Part shown: piece after piece, positions 47,670 through 60,450 of the stretch
How the letters are laid out: every line of letters begins with the position of its first letter
How positions within the stretch are numbered: position 1 is the first letter of the stretch
Assembly (NCBI GenBank): GCA_030390025.1
Contig: CM059432.1
Span: forward strand, 45,944,001 to 46,008,000
Reading direction: 5' to 3'
DNA length: 64,000 bases
Source: Squalus acanthias
Lineage: Eukaryota
Translations under genes and position numbers: made by a program
The notes under the pieces: model-generated
The model's database searches: none
What the model was told of the DNA's origin: nothing
Seen by the model: the letters and a program-made list of their open reading frames with translations, nothing else

Positions 47670-49214
47670 TTAAATTGTCGTCTCAGCAGCTTTTTCTGAC
47701 CCCCTCCCCTTTCTGGTCCCTTCCTGTTGCCATTTTCGAGAGGTCCCACCTCTCATTTCACATACCTTGCCTCTCGGCTTATTCATTACTCCAGTATTCT
47801 TTTTATCTGCCTGATGTGCCTGGAAGTGCAGGGTCATTTTCCTCACTGCCCTAGCTTCGGTATTTCTGTCACCCGCATCCTCTGGCTCATAATCAGACAT
47901 CGCAGCTTGTAGATAGGGCAGACTGTGAGAAATCAAAGTGCGCAACCCGTGGTTATGCGGGGCTCCCACTAGTTGTCCTCTATCTCCCAGCACCCCTCCC
48001 ATGGCTGCTAGATATGTGGGCCACAGCCTGTCTGCAAATGCCACCGGAGTCTCATTTGGACCCTGCTCCACATCTGCTATAGCTTTAAAAGGATCCCCTT
48101 TTCCCTGTTCCATTACCTGGGCAATTTTCACCTTCAACCCCTCATAATCGCCTCCCGCTCTTTTGCTTTCTGGAGGGAATCCGGCAAAAACTCCGGGGCT
48201 CAGGGTGAATAGCAGTAAGTTCTTCCTCTCCTCCTCAGCAAGGCCGTTTAAGGCGGCCATTTGTTCCACCTCTAAATAGTGCCCTTGGGGGTCCCCTCCC
48301 TGCTCCAACTTTTTCATATCACTGGAAATTTTCCTTAATTCCTCAGTATTATACGGGACCACAAATTACCGATCTAGCAGCCCTAAGGCTTCTGCCTCCG
48401 CACCCTCGCCCGGCGCCTGCTTTTGCCACATCGGGGCCATAGGTGGGGGCCAAATTCCCTCCGGTGGGCCATAGCCTGGTCCCTGCTCTAACTCCGCGTC
48501 ACCTTCCTCACCTTCACTATCCCTTTCTCCATCGTCCAGCCCTTCTCCTCCTGACGAAGGAGTCATAGCGCACACAATACCCCTCTGAACCCGTAACCTA
48601 TCCACCAACTCCTTAATCTTCCTTTTGCACTCGGTGTGATCCCCTCGAGCACCCCTATCTTCAGAAACCTGTTTCTGAACAACCCTATATACAGCTTTCA
48701 GGTCCTTATTAGCTTTCCGTGCCTGTTCTGCCCGATGTCTATGATTGAATAGTCCTTTTGACAAGGCATCACACTGATCCTGATTATTAATGCCCTGGCA
48801 CTCGAGATATTGCTCTTTATTACACCACCTTTCCTTTTCCTTCTCAAATTTTTCATCGAGCTTTCTCTTCCTTTCCCTCACTTCCTCTACCTCCTTCTTT
48901 CTATTCTCCGTTTCTTCCTCTAATTCCTTCAGAAGTTGGTTTACCACTGCTTCTCTGTCACTGGCTTTTTCTGCCATATCCTCTATTTCCTTTCGTAACT
49001 TAATCTTTTCACACTCATCGTTCTGAACCTGCCTTTGATAGGCTAACAACCAGACGGCTTTTATTATCTGCTGCCGACATGTGGACCCTTGTGTCCATTA
49101 TTCGGCCTCATAAACCAGATCATCACCATCAATAATGATCCGTATCCACCTCATCCAGAGAGGTAACTTCCCTGCCACATACTTAATGACTAACTCATCC
49201 ATTGTCTTTGCCAT
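47670..49214 (-). pseudogene. gag of outer ERV (premature stops, truncated before the zinc knuckle)
   Basis: Homologous to the inner gag (ETPVAFADRLWP vs EPPKVFADRLWP; DHTECKRKI vs DHSVCQKEI). In-frame TAA at 48366. Confidence 0.85.
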
Positions 49215-49230
49215 TGTCTGCTCTGAACAG

Positions 49231-49248
49231 GTCCCTGTTCAGGTGCCA
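49231..49248 (-). promoter_or_regulatory. Primer binding site of outer ERV, tRNA-Lys(UUU)-type
   Basis: TGGCACCTGAACAGGGAC vs canonical Lys3 PBS TGGCGCCCGAACAGGGAC; the two differences are CpG-type transitions. It lies 5 nt from the LTR. Confidence 0.85.
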
Positions 49249-49253
49249 AAATC

Positions 49254-49939
49254 TGTAAGACATTTGAATTCACCCTTGTCCTTTAACCCGTCCAACAGTT
49301 TCCAAAGTTCAGACCCATCGACCAGACAACACAAAACACAAGGATTCGAGAATAACTTTCTTTTTACTTAAAATCAGCAAGAGGTTACAAGTACGCTCAC
49401 AAAAAACTGTTGCATATAATACTCCCAATTATATCTCAGCATACACAGGTTTTATTCCCTTACTTTAAGCTCAAATGATTATAAGCCAACATTACGTACG
49501 TACTAACACCAGCGAGTGGTCAGTTCGGCGATGGCTAGATGTACGACTTTAACTGGCAACTGACCAAGTTGCCTCTGACTGCAGCAGCCCCGAGTGTCTT
49601 AAAACAGCATCTATTATACCCTAAAAACCTGGGCAGGCTCCTCAATGCGTATGTGTCCCAAACTGTGTGATAAATGGTCTGCAGCTGTTTTCCTCTTATC
49701 AGTGGGCCCAAAGGCCCTTCACACCATTTGCCTGAAGATGTTCCTGTCTTTGTAACGCCCTATAACGTTTGTTCCTGCTCAGGGTCTGTCACTTCCTTAT
49801 CTGAGTAACAGCTTTCGTACAAAGTTCCCACAGGAACCAACCTCTCAACCTCCCGAAGCATGCTGGGATATTAAATTTGGTCAACTTTAAGTTTGTTCAA
49901 GTTATAGCAAATTCTTACAGCAAATGGCTTATTCTTACA
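49254..49939 (-). repeat. 5' LTR of outer ERV (686 bp)
   Basis: Direct repeat of 25500-26185, visibly more diverged than the inner LTR pair. Confidence 0.92.
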
Positions 49940-50485
49940 ATCCCATGTTTCTCAGAGAAGGTGGTGGTGGCAAGTTGAAAATCTACCTCATAGACTTTTC
50001 CCAATGTACTCATTTCCAAAGTAAGTCACTTGTCATGATTATTTATAATCTTATATTTTCAATAAGGAACTGGTCCTGGAAATCACTCGCACATTCACAA
50101 TTCCCAGTATGCCTATTTGTGAAATGGAAGGTATTAGATGAGTAGGCATTTATGAAATTTGATTAAAATCAAGAAAAGACTTAATGGCCTGTAATTTGCG
50201 GCCAGCGGCGAAGCAAAGGCGCTTGCCTTGCTGCTGGCCTCGAAGAAAGCTGTCCACAGAGACCTCATGAAATTGATTGTAGCACTGAGTAATGGGAATT
50301 CCCAGCAAAGAGCTGCAGTGACATCAACAAGCTGTCTAAGCAGATAATCACATTGAAGAATTCTCACAGACAGCAAACCAGGAAATGAAAAGCAGTTTTT
50401 ATCCTCACTTTTTAAAAATGTTACAGAGAGCGAAATATAGATTGGGACTTTCACATGGGGATAAGGTAGAAGCTGGAATAGAGTT

Positions 50486-53400
50486 GGGCTGGATTTTGTC
50501 AGTGTGGGCGGGCTGGGGCGTGTCAGGTGCAAATCGTGTCAGGACCCCGACTCCGAAGTGAAGTGCTGAAAAAGTGGGATTTTCCCCTAATTGGGCAATT
50601 GATTTCCTGCGTGTGGGAACACCTGGCCCAATGAGTCTTTTCATACAGAAAGTCGCCTCTGATGATGTCATCAATGCTGCTGGATTTAAGACCTGCAAGC
50701 AGCCTTGCTTCCTCTGGAGACTGCAAAGGCTCTGCAAATTGTATGAAGGTGTTGATTTCCCGACAATGTCCACGATCAAGCAAAGGTGTGCACCTCGGTT
50801 TGATGAGTCCACCCTCCAAGCTCTGGTGCACGGATCCAGATGTAATAAGGAGGTGCTGTTCCCTTCCTCAGGGAGAAAAAAGCCACCCCAGCAGACAAAA
50901 GCTGTGTGGCTGCAAGTGGCCCAGGAGGTCAACTCCATTTCGCTGAGCCGCAGAACCTGGCTGCAATGCAGGAAGAGGTTTCATGATCTTCTCCGCACAG
51001 GAAAAGTGAGTATGACTTTCCCATCACCCTCAATCTGATCCCCATCGCCTCTCCTCACCAGCACTCTGCTTTGCCAACCTCTTCCTCCACATGCCACTTG
51101 ACACTTACATGCCTGTACCCTTACCCATTCCCTCTCTCTCGAAGGTCACATTCACTTAACTATTCGACCATGCAGCCCTCACACTCCCTATCACTGTGAG
51201 GCCATGACTAAAACAACTTTCAACACACAGGGATGGTCCTTTGTATCCTTCTAAGCATCTATGCTATGGATTATCTACACTCACTCCTTCATTCTCACTC
51301 AAACTCCACTTGTGTCCCTCATTGCAGGAAATGAGAGCCCACAATAAGAGGGAAAGAGCTATGACAAGAGGAGGGCCACCCTCAGTAGCCCAGCTCATCG
51401 CCTGGGAGGAGGCGGCCCTGGAAATCGCCGGGATCGAGGAGGATTCCCAAGTGGGGAACGGACAGATGGGCGCATCGCAGCAAGCTGGTGACAGAATAGT
51501 TTGGCATCTCTCTCATTGACATTGCATGAGTCACTGATAATGAATCTGATGCTCTAACAGATTGACTTATGATCATCTGCACTATTCAATGTTCATGTAG
51601 CCTTGACCTCACATCTCTAACTCTTTCCTTTACTCCCCCACAGGACCATCGAAAGCCCCCGTCCCCACTGTCCAGGAGGAAGAGCCTGAGCTTCCAGAAT
51701 CCTCAAAGGAAGCTGCAACCTCTGAGGGCGCAGCCTCAGCAGAATTCAGCGCACCCAGCACCAGCGCTGACACTCACACCTCGGTGGGACCTTCGCGAGA
51801 TAGAGTAGTGTTGACACCTGGTGTATCACAGCGCACAAGTGAGCATCAGCAGCTGTTGGAGACAGGGACAGCAGTGGAGAGTCCTCGTTGGCGGGCGCAG
51901 GACTCTGCCAGCTCGGCTCAGCTTCATGTCGACCCTGTGCTTCCGGGTCCATCCAGAAGGAGAGCGGTGCTGGAACTCCAGGAACAGGTGCAGGAGTCTC
52001 TGGCAGGTTTTGTCTCCAGGGTCGCTGCAAGTGTCAAGCGAATGGAGGAGTCCATCGTGAACATGAGCAGAGCCTTTGTGGAGGCATTGGTGCATGAACG
52101 CATCACCACGGAAAGGATGGCAACCTCCGTGGAAAGGATGGCTACCGTAGAGGAGAGGATGGCTACGGTAGAGGAGAGGATGGCTACGGCCATGGAGGAG
52201 CTAAGTCGCCAGAGTATAGAAAACATGGTCATTGTTCAGAATAGACTGGCATCTCTTGAGGAGCGATGGTCAGCTACTGAGCATAGAAACCAGACCTTCA
52301 TGGAAGTCCTCTGGAGTAGGACTTCCAGTGCAGAAATGGGTCCTCATGGCCCCCCTGAAGTGCAGCAAGGTGCTGTCAATCCACTTGCTAGCTCTGAAGT
52401 GGGGCTGACCCATGAGAGGGATGTTGGTGGCAGACAACAAGGAAGTGGGGGCTCCTCTCCAAGCGCTCAAACGACCATGCCACTGCAAAGCCCTCAGTCA
52501 GAGCACCACCAGAGTCCTCACCCAACTGAGATGGGTGTCTCATCCCCTGCACAGCTGCAGGAGCAGCAGACTGTTGCCGAGCCCTCATAGGTTCGCAACC
52601 CCAGAGGACGGCCGCCAAAGGTGTTGAGACAGGAGCAGCAAGAAAGTGAGCAAGGGGCCTCCACATCTGCTGAAGTCACAGGGGAAGCACCACGTAGGAG
52701 CACGCATAAGAGGCAGATAATGCACACGTAGTCACAAGGGTAGTCACTTGGGTGTTATGTTGTGTTTATTTTTGAAATGCCACCAGTTGCTTGTTGTGAT
52801 AAAAAATTCTGATGGCAAACTGTTGAAGCTGTGGCCTGTGTCATTTCGCAAATGGGACTTCCACATTGAGGGCTTAGAGCGACTTGCAATTGTCAGTATG
52901 GTGGTCAGAGTGATAGGAATCCGTAGGTTCTTGTCCATTGTCGATGCTCTGGTAAGAAGGTGCGAGGCAAAAGTGTTTGATTGTACAGGCTAAGCAAATG
53001 TGACCAACATGAGTGCATCCCTTGCATCCCGGGCAGCAATATGGTCGTGCTCTGCCAACCTCTGGCCTGTGCATCTTCAGGTGGGTGAGCAGCAGCTTGG
53101 CACTCCTGTTGATGCTCCTGCTGTTGGTGCTGCTGTTGCTCATGGTTCTGCTGCTGCCGCGGCTAGTCTTCATCCAGGAGGAAAGGAATTAAATGGTCGC
53201 CATTCTTCTGGTATATGCCTCAGTTGAGGAAGCGCTTAGTTAAGGTGGGGAGAGGGGTTTCCCAGGTTTTCACACTGGAGATGGGTGTCAGGCTCTAAAC
53301 TTCCACAACACTGAGTATGCCTGCTAAAAGCTCCCCCAGACCTGAAACAACAAAGTTCTGCCACGTGCAAATGATCATTGGTGAAAACTCCTTTGTAATG

Positions 53401-53735
53401 GTGGAGCTGCAGCTATTCGTAAGCAATCCACTTGTGAGGCCGCCAGCATTATCTGCTGTGTTCCACAGGAGGCATGAGGGATGGGAGGGAATGACTAAAA
53501 ATTGGAAAGGCCTCTCAAAATGTGATTATAGAGGCTATTAAGTGGTTGTTAAGGGCCTTAAGGGCCTATCCCGCCTCTTGGAGGCAGGATGGAAAGGGGG
53601 TCAGAAAACACGCTTTTGGGAAAATTGCTCGGAGGCGGAATGGAGGCGGGATCGGGCCCTGCCCGCCATTTTTGGCGATTTTAACAACTCACACACCTCC
53701 AATCCCACCTCCTCGGGCCTGGCAAAATCAAGCCC
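50486..53735. mobile_element. Harbinger-family element with spliced Myb/SANT gene and decayed transposase remnant
   Basis: TIRs GGGCTGGATTTT / AAAATCAAGCCC. Myb gene on the plus strand; transposase-like 3' remnant on the minus strand at ~52990-53200. Confidence 0.75.
50766..52590 (+). CDS. Harbinger Myb/SANT-like protein, 3 exons (50766-51005, 51328-51487, 51644-52590); stop may be premature
   Basis: PRFDESTLQALV...WLQVAQEVN...RTWLQCRKRFHDL, with the same intron phases as 14203-15968. Contains an (ERMATVE)x4 heptad repeat. Confidence 0.7.
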
Positions 53736-56700
53736 ATAGAGTTTTTCAGCACAGAAAGAGGCCCTTCGGCCCATCATGTCCGCGCCAGCCATCAAGCCCG
53801 ATCTATCCTAATCCCATTTTCCAGCACTTGGTCCGTAGCCTTGTATGCTATGGCGTTTCAAGTGCTCATCTAAATGCTTCTTGAATGTTGTGAGGGTTCC
53901 TGCCTCTTCCACCCTTTCAGGCAGTGAGTTCCAGATTCCAACCATTTTTTGGGTGAAAAAGTTTTTCCTCAAATCCCCTCTAAACCTCCTGCCCCTTACC
54001 TTGAAACTATGCCCCCTGGTTATTGACCCCTCTACTAAGGGGAAAAGTTCCTTTCTATCTACCCTATCTATGTCCCTCATAATTTTGTACACCTCAATCA
54101 GGTCCTCCCTCAGCCTTCTCTGCTCTAAGGAAAACAACCCCAGCCTGTCCAGTCTCTCTTCATAGCTGAAGCGCTCCAGCCCAGGTAACATCCTGGTGAA
54201 TCTCCTCTGCACTCTCTCCAATGCAATCACATCCTTCCTATAGTGTGGCGACCAGAACTGCACACAGTGTTCCAGCTGTGGCCTAACTAGCGTTTTGTAC
54301 AGCTCCATCATAACCTCCCTGCTCTTATATTCTATGCCTCGGATAATGAAGACAAGTATCCCATATGCCTTTTTAACCACCTTATCTACCTGTCCTGCTG
54401 CCTTCAGGGATCTATGCACATGCACACCAAGGTCGCTCTGATCCTCTGTCCTTCCTAGGGTCCTACCATTCATTGTGTATTCCCTTGCCTTGTTAGTCCT
54501 CCCAAAATGCATCACCTCACACTTTTCAGGGTTAAATTCCATTTGCCACTGTTCTGCCCATCTAATCAACCCGTCTATATTGTCCTGTAGCCTGAGGCTT
54601 CCCTCCTCACTATTTACCACTCCACCAATTTTCGTGTCATCTGCGAACTTACTGATCATACCTCCTACATTCATATCTAAATCATTAATGTACACTACAA
54701 ACAGCAAAGGACCCAGCACCGATCCCTGCGGTACACCACTGGACACAGGCTTCCAGCCACAAAAACAACCTTCGACCATCACCCTCTGCCTCCTGCCACT
54801 AAGCCAATTTTGGATCCAATGTGCCAAATTGCCCTGGATCCCATGGGCTCTTACCTTCTTGACCAGTCTCCCATGTGGGACTTTGTCAAAAGCCTTACTG
54901 AAGTCCATGTAGACTGCATCAACTGCACTAACCTCATCCACACACCTAGTCACCCCCTCGAAAAATTCAATCAAATTGGTTAGACATGATCTCCCCCTAA
55001 CAAAGCCATGCTGACTATCCTTGATCAATCCTTGCCTCGCCAAGTGGAGACTAATTCTGTCCCTCAGAATTTTTTCCAATAATTTCCCTACCACTGATGT
55101 TAGGCTCACTGGCCTGTAATTCCCTGGTTTATCCCTACTACCCTTCTTGAATAATGGTACTACGCTAGCTGTTCTCCAGTCCTCTGGCACCTCCCCTGTG
55201 GCCAGAGAGGTTCTGAAAATTTGTGTCAGAGCCCCTGCAATCTCCTCCCTTGCCTCACACACAGCCTGGGATACATCTCGTCTGGACCTGGGGATTTATC
55301 CACTTTTAAGCCCGTTAAAACCGCTAGTACCTCCTCCCTCTCAATACTAATTTGTTCAAGTATATCACAATCCCCCTGCCTGATTTCTATGCCTACATCG
55401 TCCTTCTCCATAGTGAACACAGATGCAAAATATTCATTTAAAACCTCAACTACATCTTCCGGCTCTACACACAGATTGCCACTTTGGTCCCTAATGGGCC
55501 CTACTCGTTCCCTGGTTATCCTCTTGCCCTTAATATACTTATAAAACACCTTGGGATTTTCTTTTACTTTGCCCGCCAGTGTTTTTTCATGCCCCCTCTT
55601 CGCTCTCCTAATTTCTTTTTTAAGTACCCCCCTGCACTTTCTATACTCCTCTAGGGCTTCCAATGTTTTTAGTCCTTTGTATCTGCCAAAAGCCTCCCTT
55701 TTTTTCCTAATCCATTCTTGTATATCCCTTGACATCCATAGTTCCCTGGGCTTGTTGGTCCCACCCTTGACCTTTACGGGAAGATGTTGGCGTTGTACTC
55801 TCTCTATTTCCTTTCTGAAAGACTCCCACTGCTCTGATGTGGATTTTCCTACAAGTAGCTGATCCCAGTCCACTTTTGCCAGATCCTGCCATATCATATT
55901 AAAATACGCCTTCCCCCAATTTAGAACCTTTGGGGGAAAAATTCAGTTGGTTGCGCCTCCCGTTAGCGCCTTAAGAGGGCGCTAATGGGGCGCAAAGCAT
56001 CTAGCGCCCAGGCGGCGCTAAACACTACCGCCACGATCTCCTGTGCCGGCAGATCGTGACGTCAGTCGAGTGCGCAACGCCCCGGTATCGCCCCGGAGCA
56101 GATATTGAGTGGCGCCCCCTGCCTTACCGCCTGACGCTAGCAACGACAGGTTGAGGGGAGCGTTTTGCAGTCATGAAGGGAAAGGGGGAGCGCTATTTAA
56201 AGGTGACCGCTTCCTGCCTTTTATTGTTGGTGCCATTTTTGAACTATGCATTCTGAGCGAGAGAGAGAGAGACTTCTGGAGAGATTCAACATTGTGTGAA
56301 GGAGTTTTGGGTACTGAGCAGCACTTTGCAGGTTCATTTTGATTTGCCATTCCTTGTATCGATTTAGAAGAGACTGTGGGGCCTGCACTCTGAGCTCTTT
56401 ACCTGGTACTCGCCATTGATCTTTCCAGCAGATTTGATGTGCAGGTCTCTCCAGGCCGAGATTCAAGGCTGCAATGAGCAGGAAGTGGATGGAAAGCAAG
56501 ATTAACCATCCCTTTAAGAACTGGCCCGTGTCATTGTGTGTGTGTTCCATTGTTGACTGAAATTACATGAGCTTCGCCAGCGCTCTGAGGTAGCGCCTCG
56601 CTCCTCGGCCTTTGCGCCTTAAGACAGGTGTGAAGCGCCTGATTTAGTGCTCCAATCACCTCCAGGGGCGATAAAAGTCAAGTTTGCAGTCGGTGGCGAT

Positions 56701-57435
56701 AATTAGCGCCAGGCGCTAATCTTTGCGCCCGGCCGATAATTGCGCCCCAAATGGGGCGATACTGAATTTCTCCCCCTTTATTTCCAGTCCATCTTTGTCC
56801 TTTTGCATGACTACCTTAAATCTCACCAAATTATGGTCACTGTCACCAAAATGCTCTCCTACTGACACTTCTACCACTTGCCCGGCTACATTCCCTAGAA
56901 TTAGGTCCAGTACCGCGTCCTCTCTTGTTGTCTTTCTACATGCTGGCTCAAAAAGCTTTCCTGGATGCCCTTTAAGAATTCCGTACCCTCTAAGCCTTTC
57001 ACACTCTGACTATCCCAGTTAATATTGGGGAAGTTGAAATCCCCTACTATTATTACCCTATTATTTCTACACTTCTCTGAGATTTGCCTACATATCTGTT
57101 CCTCTATCTCCCCCTGACTGTTTGGGGGCCTATAGTACTCTCTCAGCAAAGTGCTTGCCCCCTTTTTGTTTTTCAGTTCTACCCATATGGCCTCATTAGA
57201 GGACCCTGCTAAGATATCATCCCTCCTTACTGCAGTAATTGACTCCTTGATTAATATTGCGACACCCCCTCCTCTTTTACACCCCCCTGTGTCTCGCCTG
57301 AAGATTCTATACCCCGGAATATTGAGCTGCCAGTCCTTCCCCTCCCTCAATCATGTCTCTGTGATAGCAACAATATCATACTCCCATGTGTTCATCAACA
57401 CCTTCAATTCATCTGCCTTACTCGCAAGACTCCTT
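53736..57435 (-). mobile_element. CR1 LINE ORF2 (EN+RT, frameshifted), interrupted by MITEs
   Basis: EN at 56901-57400 (GGGVAILIK, GDFNFPNINW) and RT at 53808-55897 (YMDFSKAFDKVPH, PQGSVLGP, SKFADDTK). Frameshift near 55260. Confidence 0.95.
55932..56776. mobile_element. Harbinger MITE, diverged subfamily
   Basis: TIRs GGGGGAAAATT / AATTTCTCCCCC and TSD TTT. The core is similar to 46248-47142. Confidence 0.88.
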
Positions 57436-58328
57436 GGGGTAGAAATTAGGTCGCGCCCCATTTGGGGCGCAAATATCGTCCGGATGCAAATATTAGCGCC
57501 TGGCGCTAATTATCGGCACTGACAGGAAACTTCACTTTTACCGCCCCGGGAGGTGAGTGGAGCGCTAAAGCAGGCGCTGCACACCTCTCTTAAGGCGCAA
57601 AGGCCGAGCAGTGAGGCGCTAACTCGGAGCGCTGGCGAAGCTCATGTAATGTCAGTCAGCAATGGAACACACACACAATGGCACGGGCCAGTTCTTAAAG
57701 GGGATGGTTAATCTTGCTTTCCATCCACATCCTGTTCATTGCTGCCTTGAATCTCGGCCTGGAGAGACTTGCACATCAAATGTGCTGGAAAGAACAATGG
57801 AGCGTACCAGGCAAAGAGCTCAGAGTGCAGCTCCCACAGTCTCTGCTAAATCGATACAAGGAATGGCAAATCAAAATGAACCTGCAAAGTGCTGCTCAGT
57901 ACCCAAAACTCCTTCACACAACGTTGAATCTCTCCAGAAGTCTCTCCCTCTCTCTCTCAGAATGCGTAGTTCAAAAATGCCACCAACAATAAAAGACAGG
58001 AAGAGGCCCCCTTTAAATAGCGCCCCCCCCAGCCCCACAGCGATTGATAGCGTTCCAGTCTTCTGGTCGTTGGAAGTGCCAGGCGGTAAGGCAGGGGGCG
58101 CCACTCAATTTCCGCTACGGGGCGCCACAAGGGCGTTGCACCATGGAATGACGTCACAATCTGTGCGCGCAGGTGGTCGCAGCGGTAAGTTTTAGCGCCG
58201 CCGCACAATCTCAAGTTAAGTTCTCGAGCGGCGCAAACATCGCTGCGCCCGGGTGTTAGCGGCTTTGCGCCCCATTAGCGCCCTCTTAAGGCGCTAACGG
58301 GAGGCGCAACCAAGTGAATTTTTACCCC
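57436..58328. mobile_element. Harbinger MITE (893 bp)
   Basis: TIRs GGGGTAGAAATT / AATTTTTACCCC and TSD CTT. Confidence 0.92.
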
Positions 58329-59939
58329 CTTGTATTAATATCATGAACAAACTTTAAAACATTTTTAAAAATCGGAAAACTGCCTCTGGGGCCACGAGTG
58401 GTGTCCGCAGCTCGCCTGCAGCCCCATTAGTCTGAACCTGATGTCGTCCTCTTCAGGCGCGTTTGCTGCACTGTATCGCGCCCCGATATGGGCTTAATTC
58501 AATTTCTAAGCCCTTGTGCTAAGCACCATCTTGAGCTGAGAGGGTGATCAGTAATCCACACCTAAACTTTTTTTTAAACAGCTGCTAGGTGACTCAGGGC
58601 GATTCATATTCTACCTTTCTCTCCTCTATCTGAGAAGCATCTGGCTTCAGCTCAGTAACTATTCTGAGAGCATCACTGAATTGCAAATTCACCACATTGG
58701 GAGCTCTGTGGGTGAAAACTTTCAAATTACGAATGCATGGCACAACGTGTTGGAGCGTTAATGCACTGTGCCGCCATACTGTCTGGATAAGGTATGAATG
58801 GTAATTTTTCTAAATTAATTACTGTTTATGTTGTGACTCCACCCTTAAACAGCAACTGGTTACTCACAGTGGCAAAGCTTCGAGACAGATAATCAGCAAA
58901 ATATTTCCCATTTGGAATTATATCCAGTTCAAAATTTGGCTCAGTACTCAACCTTTGGCTTTGGTTCCACATGAAGTGTGTACACACCCAGCATCCTTAT
59001 TTTCTAAAGGATATGGTTCTCTGATAAAAATAAGACACATCGGGATAGATTAAGGTGCTGCTTAATTCTGATTAAGCATTTTTAAGTTATGCTTTTTAGT
59101 GTAAACAGATAAATGGCCAGCACGCTAATATAAATCTATTACTGTAGTTACGATAGATGGTGAAAAATAAAGAATATTGATTTTTCTTTCAGAGTGAAAA
59201 GGTGTGTGCTAAATCCATGTGAAACACAGCTTGAGGATATTTACCGACACTGACAATTAATGGCATTAGCAGCATTGTTCACTTAGGAAGGACCATTGTA
59301 TGCAGCGTCACGTCTATTGAAAATTCCCCAGGTTACAACCACTGATTGCACTGCACAGGAACAGCAGAATCTAGCAAACAAAAGAGCAAAACCTCTGAGA
59401 GCTTTCCCAAGATTTCAGCCAAGTGCACCAGTTTGTCAAATTCAGTTTACTTCAATGCAATTTCAGGGTGTACCCAAGGCATTTTAGCAAAATTTATTCC
59501 TGCTGTTCCAGCATCAAAGGTGAAGTTTGGGAAATCTGAGTAAATTTTGACACCAGAATTACTCAGCAAATGTCAATAAACCTAACAAATTATGCCAGCA
59601 AATCTACAATTGAAAATAAAAGTTTTACTGTGTGCAAACCTTAATCTTCTAATTCCAATCATTCCACAGCTGCCTCACAATGGTCACATGGAGTTGCCTT
59701 TGGGTTTAAAGGACAAAGGGGAGCAGCAAGGAAGACACAAAAAAGCAGAGCAGCTGCCAGAAAAGGGAGGAGAAGGAGAACATTGCACATGAGACTATAC
59801 CTGTTAAAGTCAGATAGCCAGGTGGTGAAGGATAGAACACTAGAGCCTAGTCTTTAATTATTTACACCTTTTATATGTTGATTTCAGTGATTGACGGCTG
59901 GTGCCATCACCAATAAAAAATGGAAGCACGTGCCCCCTA

Positions 59940-60450
59940 TTAAAGGGTCACAACCAATAAACCGCAAATTAAACAGAATTTAAATGAAATTTGACTCAGA
60001 ATTTTGACTCCGGGGGTGATGAAGCACTCCAGTCCCTCCGGTACCCACCTGTCACGGAAGGCCTCTAGCGTTCCGGCTCCAGCTCCAGGGACACCCGGGC
60101 GCGAACATAGCCGCAGAAGAGAGGCAGGTAGTTGGGCCAAACGACCCCCTCAGCCACCCGCTGCCTGGACCAGTTAATGGCCACCTTGGCCAGGCCCAGG
60201 AGCAGTCCTATGAGGAGCTCCTCTGATCTGCCCGCTCCCTTCCACACCGGGTGCCCAAAGATCAGGAGCGTGGGACTGAAGTGCAGCCAAAAATTCAGGA
60301 ACAATCCCTTCAAAAATTGGAAGAGAAACTGCAACCTCTCACACTCTGTGTATACATGGAACACGGACTCCTCCAGGCCGCAGACATTGCAGGCAGCCTG
60401 GGAGTCCGTGAACCTACTTAACAATTTGTTGCACAGAACTGCTCCATGTT
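59940..60450 (-). mobile_element. Tx1/L1-type LINE 3' fragment
   Basis: CNVCGLEESVFHVYTEC zinc knuckle followed by LLIGLLLGLAKVAINWSR, typical of an L1/Tx1 ORF2 C-terminus. Confidence 0.75.

Larger units (their letters stand above)
25500..49939 (-). mobile_element. Outer endogenous retrovirus (lokiretrovirus-like), defective
   Basis: Direct LTRs at 25500-26185 and 49254-49939 (TGTAAG...CTTACA) with TSD ATCC. The flanks rejoin into a LINE 3' tail. Contains gag, an integrase C-terminus and env remnants. Confidence 0.9.

Noticed and set aside
52110..52200. 21-nt tandem repeat as a CRISPR-like array
   Set aside because: No spacers; it is a coding heptad repeat (ERMATVE) in a eukaryotic transposon gene.
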